33,468 nucleotides of DNA from Fidelibacterota bacterium (lineage in GTDB: Bacteria; Fidelibacterota; Marinisomatia; Marinisomatales; JABMOV01), in the NCBI GenBank assembly GCA_046861395.1, contig JBHHUC010000022.1, positions 1-33,468 of the forward strand. Direction: 5' to 3'. The number at the start of each line of letters is the position of its first letter. Positions within the stretch are counted from its first letter, which is position 1. Below, in pieces: positions 26,825 to 33,468 of this stretch. The position numbers and the translations under genes are program-made. The notes under the pieces were generated by a model. The model saw only the letters and a list, made by a program, of their open reading frames with translations, was not told the DNA's origin and made no database searches.

Positions 26825-27886
26825 ATGTACTGTGTTATCATGGCCGGGGGAAGCGGGACACGATTTTGGCCATATAGCAGGAAGCAGCGACCAAAACAGC
26901 TTTTAAATATCATTGGCGATCATTCGATGCTTCAAATGACGGTAGACCGTTTCGCCAAGATGAAGTTTATCAAGGATATTTATATTGTTACCCGGGCTGA
27001 TCTGGCGGAGACGATTGCCGCTGAAGTTACTGGGATAAACCCGGAAAATATCATTATTGAACCGGAAGGGAAGAATACAGCACCCTGCATTGGTCTGGCG
27101 GCCCTCATTCTGAAATCGCGGGCTGAAAATGCCATCATGGGTGTTTTCCCGGCCGATCATTTGATCGTGGGACATAAAGCCTTCGAAAATGCCGTGCGAA
27201 CAGCCTTTCACCTGGCAAAGAAAAACCATTCCCTGGTAACGATCGGCATTACACCCACCTACGCTGCCACCGGCTACGGATATGTGCAATATCTCCCTGA
27301 AAGCGACATGGACCATCTGGATGCCTATCATGTAAAAACATTTGCGGAGAAACCACACAAAGCTCTGGCGGAACGATTCCTGGCCAGTGGCGATTTCCTT
27401 TGGAACGGTGGCATGTTTATTTGGCAGGTGGACACATTGTTTGACGCCCTGAAAACATACATGCCGGATTTATATACCAGTTTAACAGCGATTGAGAAGC
27501 GACTGGCTGAGAAAAAGGCGTTTCATGATATCTGGGCGAAAATCAGCCCGGAATCCATCGATTACGGATTAATGGAAAAAATCAAATCCCATCTATATGT
27601 GGTAAAAGCCAAATTTCGCTGGAGTGACTTGGGCTCCTGGGCTTCGGTGTATAACCAGTTGATCCGGAAGGGGGCAGCAAATGTAGTCCAAGGACCGGGA
27701 CTGGTGTTGGAGGGGAAAGGAAACCTGGTGCATTCCGCCGATCGCTTTACGGCCGTTGTTGGCGTCGACAATGTTGTGGTTGTGAATACGGAAGATGCCA
27801 CCCTGGTCATCCCGCGGGAGAAAGTAGAAGATGTGCGCCTGGTGGTGGAGTGGCTCCGCAGTGAAGGGAAAGAGGAATTACTGTAA
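26825..27886 (+). CDS. manC: Mannose-1-phosphate guanylyltransferase (monofunctional)
   Basis: VIMAGGSGTRFWPYSR..PKQ, EPEGKNTAP, PADH, FAEKP, WSDLGSW; RBS GAGGAG. Confidence 0.92.
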   Translation: MYCVIMAGGSGTRFWPYSRKQRPKQLLNIIGDHSMLQMTVDRFAKMKFIKDIYIVTRADLAETIAAEVTGINPENIIIEPEGKNTAPCIGLAALILKSRAENAIMGVFPADHLIVGHKAFENAVRTAFHLAKKNHSLVTIGITPTYAATGYGYVQYLPESDMDHLDAYHVKTFAEKPHKALAERFLASGDFLWNGGMFIWQVDTLFDALKTYMPDLYTSLTAIEKRLAEKKAFHDIWAKISPESIDYGLMEKIKSHLYVVKAKFRWSDLGSWASVYNQLIRKGAANVVQGPGLVLEGKGNLVHSADRFTAVVGVDNVVVVNTEDATLVIPREKVEDVRLVVEWLRSEGKEELL

Positions 27887-28180
27887 ATGGCAGGACCCAA
27901 ACCGGCGGTTTTACTGGAATTGTTCGAAGATCTGGCGGACCGACTCGACATCCGCTTGGTCAATGGCAAAGGCAGTTTCCAGGGTGGTCCCTGCCTGGTA
28001 AACGGAGAAAGGGTGATTGTGATCAATAAGCAAAAACCGGTAGAACAGCGTCTGCGGGTTTTGGCAGAAAGTTTTGGGAATATGGATTTAACGGACGTAT
28101 ATCTGAAGCCGGTGTTGCGGGCCTGTATTTCGGATTATCGGGATCGGTTATTTCCTGTAAAGGAGACCAAAAAGTCTTGA
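27887..28180 (+). CDS. Conserved hypothetical protein
   Basis: 97-aa ORF abutting manC, with plausible RBS GAGGA; GGPCLVNGERVIVINK pattern. Confidence 0.7.
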   Translation: MAGPKPAVLLELFEDLADRLDIRLVNGKGSFQGGPCLVNGERVIVINKQKPVEQRLRVLAESFGNMDLTDVYLKPVLRACISDYRDRLFPVKETKKS

Positions 28181-28205
28181 TTCGACGACAATATACCCCT
28201 ACACT
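28177..28205 (+). promoter_or_regulatory. Putative sigma-70 promoter for the EF-G paralogue
   Basis: TTGATT, 17-nt spacer, TACACT, about 70 nt upstream of ATG 28277. Confidence 0.5.
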
Positions 28206-28276
28206 TTAGGCTCTAATTTTCCACGTCTAATTACGTGAACATTATCCCTATAACACCAATATTTTGAGGAAGTACG

Positions 28277-30352
28277 ATGAAAGAATATCAATCCGATGAT
28301 ATCCGGAATTTTGCGATCGTAGGCCACGGATCAGCAGGAAAAACAATGCTATCCGAAGCTATTTTGGCCTCCGGCGGCGTTATTAACCGTATGGGAACCA
28401 TTGAAAATGGCAATACTGTCTCCGATTATCATCCTGACGAACATGAGCGGCAGATCTCAATTCATTCCACCCCCATGATGCTGGAATGGCAGGAAAAAAA
28501 ATTTAATTTTATCGACGCACCCGGTTATTCTGATTTCATTGGTGCGGCTCTCAGTTCCCTCAGTGTAGTGGATATGGCCGTAATCGTAATGCATGCCGTT
28601 CAGGGCGTGGAAGTAGGAACAGAACAGATGTGGGATCACGCCAGTCAGTTGGGCATACCCAAGCTGCTGGTCATTAACGGATTGGATCGGGAACATACCA
28701 AATTTGATGAGATTCTGGCCGATGCCCGGGACCGTTTCGGGAAAAATGTCTTTCCCCTGCAATTACCCGTGAATCCCGGTCCTGGTTTCAATAAAGTGGT
28801 GGATGTCTTGCGTAATGAAGTCATTACCTATGCCACCGATGGCAGCGGCCAATACACCGAAGAAGAAGCCGAAGGTGAATGGAAAACACGGGTAGAAGAA
28901 CTACACGAAGAATTGATTGAATATGTGGCCGAATCGGATGACAGTTTACTGGAAAAGTTTTTTGAACAGGGGAACCTGACGGAAGAAGAAATGCGCGGGG
29001 GCATTCATGCCGCCATTCAGAATCAGAGTTTCATTCCGCTTTTTGTCACATCGGCCACAGCCAATGTCGGTGTAGCGCGACTGTTGGACTTCATCGCCAA
29101 GTACGGCGCTTCTCCTGTGGATCGGGCCCGGGTGAAGGCCTTTGATATGAATGGCAAGGAAACAACAGTTGAACTTTCCAATTCGGAGGCCGTCGTCCAG
29201 GTATTTAAGACCGTGAACGAAGCCCACGTGGGTGAATTATCCTATTTCCGGATTTACAGCGGCAAAGTGACAGCCGGGTCCGACCTTGTCAATACCAGCC
29301 GCAAGGGGACGGAACGCTTCGGACAAATTTTCGTCATGAACGGAAAAAACCGGACCAATGTGAACTGTCTGCTGGCCGGCGATCTGGGGGCCGTCGTAAA
29401 ATTGAAGAACACCCACACGGGTGATACCCTTTGCGGCGCCAAATTCCAGGTGACCATGCCTGAAATCGAATATCCTAATTCCAATATACATGCCGCACTC
29501 ATTTCCAAATCAAAGGGTGATGAAGAAAAAATCGCCGTGGGTTTGGCCACGCTGCATGAAGAAGATCCCACCTTCAAATACCGGGTGGATTCGGAAATTC
29601 GCCAGACCATTATTTCAGGACAGGGTGAACTGCATCTGCGGGTGAACACAGAGCGGTTGAAAAGCGAATACGGTGTCGATATTGAATTGATTGAACCGAA
29701 AGTTCCGTATCGGGAAACGATCCGAGGTAAGGGAGAAACTAAATACAGGCATAAGAAACAATCCGGTGGTGCCGGACAGTTTGCCGAAGTCTGGATGCGT
29801 ATTGAGCCGAAAGAACGAGGTACCGGCGTGGAATTCACCGAATCGCTGGTGGGACAAAATGTGGACCGTGTCTTCGTCCCGTCGGTGGAAAAGGGTGTCA
29901 TGGCCGCCGCCGAAGAAGGGGTTCTTGCCGGTTATCGTGTCGTGGATCTAAAAGTGGAATTTTACGACGGAAAACAGCATCCGGTTGATTCCAAGGATAT
30001 TGCTTTTCAGATCGCCGGGAAGCATGCCTTCCAGGAAGCATTCATGGCCGCTCAACCTCATTTACTGGAACCCATTAAAAATATTGAAGTGAAAGTTCCC
30101 GATGAATACATGGGGGATGTGATGGGTGACATTTCGTCACGGCGGGGAAAAGTGATGGGCATGGATTCGGATGGAAAATTCCAGATTATCAAAGCCCAGG
30201 TGCCCCAGGCCGAATTATACAATTATGCTACCACCATTCGTTCTTTGACGGGAGGACGCGGCATTCATACGGAAGAATTCAGCCATTACGAAAATGTGCC
30301 GAAAGAAATTGAAAAGAAAGTGATTGCCGCTTCAAAGAAAGAGGAAGAATAA
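28277..30352 (+). CDS. fusA: Elongation factor G paralogue (EF-G2 type)
   Basis: Full five-domain EF-G (GQGELHL, YRETI, HKKQSGGAGQF, LLEPI) with divergent G motifs; not in an rpsL-rpsG-fusA-tuf operon. Confidence 0.9.
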   Translation: MKEYQSDDIRNFAIVGHGSAGKTMLSEAILASGGVINRMGTIENGNTVSDYHPDEHERQISIHSTPMMLEWQEKKFNFIDAPGYSDFIGAALSSLSVVDMAVIVMHAVQGVEVGTEQMWDHASQLGIPKLLVINGLDREHTKFDEILADARDRFGKNVFPLQLPVNPGPGFNKVVDVLRNEVITYATDGSGQYTEEEAEGEWKTRVEELHEELIEYVAESDDSLLEKFFEQGNLTEEEMRGGIHAAIQNQSFIPLFVTSATANVGVARLLDFIAKYGASPVDRARVKAFDMNGKETTVELSNSEAVVQVFKTVNEAHVGELSYFRIYSGKVTAGSDLVNTSRKGTERFGQIFVMNGKNRTNVNCLLAGDLGAVVKLKNTHTGDTLCGAKFQVTMPEIEYPNSNIHAALISKSKGDEEKIAVGLATLHEEDPTFKYRVDSEIRQTIISGQGELHLRVNTERLKSEYGVDIELIEPKVPYRETIRGKGETKYRHKKQSGGAGQFAEVWMRIEPKERGTGVEFTESLVGQNVDRVFVPSVEKGVMAAAEEGVLAGYRVVDLKVEFYDGKQHPVDSKDIAFQIAGKHAFQEAFMAAQPHLLEPIKNIEVKVPDEYMGDVMGDISSRRGKVMGMDSDGKFQIIKAQVPQAELYNYATTIRSLTGGRGIHTEEFSHYENVPKEIEKKVIAASKKEEE

Positions 30353-30431
30353 ACCGTCACTGCGACATGACCGGAGTTCTAATAAACATGCATTACTTTC
30401 CGGCTCCATTTTTCACGGAGGTAATCCCCAC

Positions 30432-30929
30432 GTGAAAAAACTTTGGGCACCCTGGCGGATTGAATATATCCTGGCCCCCAAGGATGATACGGAGGAATGC
30501 ATATTTTGTACCAAGCCGGCTGGAGACGCCGACCGGGACAATCTCGTATTGTTCCGGGGACGGCAAGCATTCATCATTATGAATCTTTATCCCTATAATA
30601 ATGCGCATTTACTGGTTGTTCCCTATGCACATGTTAATTCCATGAGTGCATTGTCACGGGATGAGCGATATGAAATGATGGAATTGGCCAATGCATCCAT
30701 GGACATTCTACGGGGGAAAATGAATGCTCAGGGATTTAATTTCGGCGCTAATATTGGTGCTGCGGCCGGTGCCGGTATTGAAGAACATGTACATCTGCAT
30801 ATCGTACCGCGCTGGATCGGAGATACGAATTTCATGCCAGTCCTGGGCCACACCAAGGTCCTGGTTCAGGGCCTGCAGGAAACGTATGATGCGTTGAAAC
30901 CATTATTCGATCAATTATCCATAACCTAG
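30432..30929 (+). CDS. HIT-family nucleotide hydrolase/phosphorylase (Ap4A phosphorylase Rv2613c-like)
   Basis: GTG 30432 after GGAGGT; LWAPWRIEYI, CIFC, NLYPYN, AGAGIEEHVHLHIVPRW. Confidence 0.88.
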   Translation: MKKLWAPWRIEYILAPKDDTEECIFCTKPAGDADRDNLVLFRGRQAFIIMNLYPYNNAHLLVVPYAHVNSMSALSRDERYEMMELANASMDILRGKMNAQGFNFGANIGAAAGAGIEEHVHLHIVPRWIGDTNFMPVLGHTKVLVQGLQETYDALKPLFDQLSIT

Positions 30930-30937
30930 GAGAGCCT

Positions 30938-31246
30938 ATGCTTCCCTTTGAACATAGTTGGTTACCGTTTATCTATCTCTATGGATTGGGAGGAATCCTT
31001 TTTCTCCTGGGGATTTACATCACATCCCGGGCCGGTGCCCTGGACATGAAACGGCCGAAACATCGTATTTGGATGGCCATCCTGTTCTTCGGTTATATCT
31101 GGTATTTTTCCATTCACGGCCTTCTGAATCTGGCGGCGATGGATTACATTAAACCGGCAACCATATTCATTTTTCTAACGATTCTGGCAATTGGATTTTT
31201 GATTTATCTGCGGTTCATGCTACTCAGATTGCGGAAGGAGGCCTGA
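30938..31246 (+). CDS. Small membrane protein (about 3 TM segments)
   Basis: AGGAG RBS; three hydrophobic stretches; TGATG overlap with the symporter gene. Confidence 0.75.
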   Translation: MLPFEHSWLPFIYLYGLGGILFLLGIYITSRAGALDMKRPKHRIWMAILFFGYIWYFSIHGLLNLAAMDYIKPATIFIFLTILAIGFLIYLRFMLLRLRKEA

Positions 31247-33342
31247 TGGAACATCAGACGTTTCACAGTATCGGTACATCCACCGATTGGATTGTCATGG
31301 TGGTGTATTTCATGGCCATCATGATCTTCGGCAGTTATTTTGGGCGCTACACCCGGACGACATCGGATTTTTTCTTTGGCGGCCGACGCTTTGCCTGGTG
31401 GCTGATTACCATGTCCATTGTGGCTACAGGGGTGGGCAGCCATAGTTTTGTAAAATATTCCGCCAAAGGGTTTGAACACGGTATTTCATCCACCATGACT
31501 TACATGAACGACTGGTTTTTTGTCCCGTTTTTCATGTTCGGCTGGTTGCCCATTGTCGTCTATTCCCGTATCCGGTCCATTCCGGAGTACTTTGAAAAAC
31601 GATTCAGCCCGTCGGCCCGTTTTTTAGCCACAATCCTGTTACTGTTCTACATGATCGGATATATCGGGATCGGTTTTCTGACTCTGGGCAAGGCTGTTAT
31701 TCCCATGCTGCCCGAATCCTTTCAGATTCTGGGTGCCACATTGGATGTTACACTGATGCGAGCAATCATTGTAATCGCCGTCATCACCGGCATTTACATA
31801 ACTTTTGGTGGACAAACGGCAGTCATTTTTACCGATTTATTACAGGGGTTCATCCTGCTCTTTGCCGGTTTAATGCTCTTTTTCCTGGGTCTGTCATTTC
31901 TCGGTGGCTTTGATACCTTCTGGAGTCTGTTGCCAGTGGATTGGAAGTTGCCTCTGGCGGACTTCAACAAGCCGCCTGATTTCAATTTTGTAGGTATATT
32001 CTGGCAGGATGCCATCGCCGGGTCCATCGGATTCCTGTTCATGAACCAGGGCTTGCTGATGCGGTTCATGGCCTGTCGCAGTGTAAATGAAGGTCGGAAA
32101 GCAGCGGCCGTTAATATTTTGGTTGTATTACCCATCTCTGCCATCGTGGTTGGGAATGCCGGCTGGCTGGGAAAGGCAATCTCCATGGCAGATCCCGGAC
32201 TGGTTCCGCCAAATACTTCGCCTGATCAAATATTTGTGGTGGTGGCCAATATTGTGTCCCATCCAGGTGTGTTTGGCTTTGTTATGGCCGCCTTGACCGC
32301 TGCTTTGATGAGTACGGTGGATACATTGATCAATGCGACGGCAGCGATATTTGTCAACGATGTTTACCGGCCGCTGAAGACTTATTTTAAACGGAACTCC
32401 GGGACGGTGAGAGAGGTGGAACGACGGGAATTGGGCATGGCCCGGATCAGTTCAATTGCCATCACGGCCTTAGGTGTACTGGCCGTACTGGCCTTTAAGA
32501 ATTTCCCCACGGTGTATGAAGCACACGGATATTTTCATTCCACGCTGACGCCGCCGTTGGTGGTTGCGATTTTCCTGGGAATATTCTGGAAACGCTTTAC
32601 GCCGGCGGCTGTGATTACCACATTTCTCGGCGGAGTCGGACTCATGCTGTTGGGGGCTCGTTATCCGGGGGTTTTTATTGCCCCATTTGATCATGGTATT
32701 TCCATGAATCCGACACATCCTTATTCCTATATCCGGGCGCTGTACAATATGGCGGTTTGCACCGGCGTTGGTGTTATGGCTGGCTTAACCACAAACTGGC
32801 AGCAGGCGGTCGTGGCCCGGCTAGAACGAAAATCCGATACCATATTTACCGCTCTGATTGTGGTTGCGGTCCTACTTTTTGTTTTGCCGATGTTTCAGGT
32901 AGGGACACCAGGGATGCAATTTCTGATGATATTAGTTTTGATTACCCTGCTCCCCGTTCTGGTTACCCATTATGTGGCCTATGATGAGGAAAAAGCTACA
33001 TCCGGACTCATAACGGCTTCCATTACGGAAGCCCGTCGTGCGTTCAAGGGTGGCGAACCTAATGACAAACTGGGAGAAAAGGTATTGGTAGACTGGCAAA
33101 TTCGCGACGGTGATGATGATGCTGTCTTGTTGGCAAAAGACGATTTGGAGAAAATGAAAGCACAGCCCGGTGATCTGGTTTATCTGTGTGACAAACGAGC
33201 CTGGTTTGGTGGATTGAAATCCATTCATGCCCGGATTGGATCCCCGCACAAGGATTCCGGTGTAGTTTATATTACGAAGGATCAGGAGAAATCCGGTCTT
33301 TTCGTTCCTGGGAAAAAGTTGTATGCCGAAAAGGAAATGTAA
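31246..33342 (+). CDS. Sodium:solute symporter (SSS/SLC5 family) with soluble C-terminal extension
   Basis: DFFFGGR, SIPEYFEKRF, GGQTAVIFTDLLQ, AALTAALMSTVDTLINA; many TM helices; AAGGAGG RBS. Confidence 0.92.
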   Translation: MEHQTFHSIGTSTDWIVMVVYFMAIMIFGSYFGRYTRTTSDFFFGGRRFAWWLITMSIVATGVGSHSFVKYSAKGFEHGISSTMTYMNDWFFVPFFMFGWLPIVVYSRIRSIPEYFEKRFSPSARFLATILLLFYMIGYIGIGFLTLGKAVIPMLPESFQILGATLDVTLMRAIIVIAVITGIYITFGGQTAVIFTDLLQGFILLFAGLMLFFLGLSFLGGFDTFWSLLPVDWKLPLADFNKPPDFNFVGIFWQDAIAGSIGFLFMNQGLLMRFMACRSVNEGRKAAAVNILVVLPISAIVVGNAGWLGKAISMADPGLVPPNTSPDQIFVVVANIVSHPGVFGFVMAALTAALMSTVDTLINATAAIFVNDVYRPLKTYFKRNSGTVREVERRELGMARISSIAITALGVLAVLAFKNFPTVYEAHGYFHSTLTPPLVVAIFLGIFWKRFTPAAVITTFLGGVGLMLLGARYPGVFIAPFDHGISMNPTHPYSYIRALYNMAVCTGVGVMAGLTTNWQQAVVARLERKSDTIFTALIVVAVLLFVLPMFQVGTPGMQFLMILVLITLLPVLVTHYVAYDEEKATSGLITASITEARRAFKGGEPNDKLGEKVLVDWQIRDGDDDAVLLAKDDLEKMKAQPGDLVYLCDKRAWFGGLKSIHARIGSPHKDSGVVYITKDQEKSGLFVPGKKLYAEKEM

Positions 33343-33345
33343 TCT

Positions 33346-33380
33346 TTGAAGGCCGTGAATTGGTTAATAAATTCGCCCGC
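33346..33380 (+). promoter_or_regulatory. Putative stable-RNA promoter
   Basis: TTGAAG, 16-nt spacer, TAAATT, then GC-rich discriminator CGCCCGC upstream of the tRNA. Confidence 0.5.
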
Positions 33381-33397
33381 TTTTTTCGATTCATAAT

Positions 33398-33468
33398 TCC
33401 GGAGTAGCTCAATGGTAGAGCGGGTGGCTGTTAACCACTAGGCTGGGGGTTCGAGTCCCTCCTCCGGA
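33398..33468 (+). tRNA. tRNA-Asn (anticodon GTT); discriminator/CCA lie beyond the window edge
   Basis: Acceptor stem TCCGGAG/CTCCGGA, D arm GCTC-AATGGTA-GAGC, anticodon loop CTGTTAA (GTT 33430-33432), T arm GGGGG-TTCGAGT-CCCTC. Confidence 0.97.

Noticed and set aside
359..33249. Numerous 60-215 aa antisense or alternate-frame ORFs in the track (e.g. 563..1192, 2741..3310, 19690..20238, 29254..29901)
   Set aside because: They are shadows of well-supported genes, with no family motifs
33398..33468. tRNA-Asn at the window edge as an integration site
   Set aside because: No integrase or duplicated tRNA 3' end is visible in the window, and downstream sequence is unavailable

Overview
Gene-dense bacterial chromosomal segment of roughly 50% GC. 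The gene repertoire and protein styles suggest an FCB-group organism such as Marinimicrobia or a relative (inference only). I see no mobile elements or CRISPR arrays. Contents in order: (1) a peptidase/beta-propeller/Omp85 outer-membrane protein; (2) a translationally coupled radA-tgt-NudB-like-bcp operon, in which bcp has an in-frame TGA exactly at the peroxidatic Cys position with a downstream hairpin, i.e. a probable selenoprotein that the ORF track truncates; (3) a DUF4390-NtrY-NtrX-like two-component locus, preceded by a PDZ+beta-barrel gene carrying a sigma-54-type promoter and two 17-bp dyads 33 bp apart; (4) a tyrosine/homogentisate catabolic operon ending in a flavin-reductase-like gene and a degenerate adenylate-forming protein; (5) an Lrp-led operon of two PLP gamma-family enzymes, homoserine dehydrogenase and an aldehyde dehydrogenase, possibly a catabolic homoserine route; (6) a YheT hydrolase, sfsA, an Ig-like lipoprotein, mannose-1-P guanylyltransferase, a divergent EF-G paralogue, a HIT protein, a sodium:solute symporter with a probable double-psi beta-barrel tail, and tRNA-Asn(GTT) at the window end. 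All family assignments come from motif recognition by eye, not database searches.
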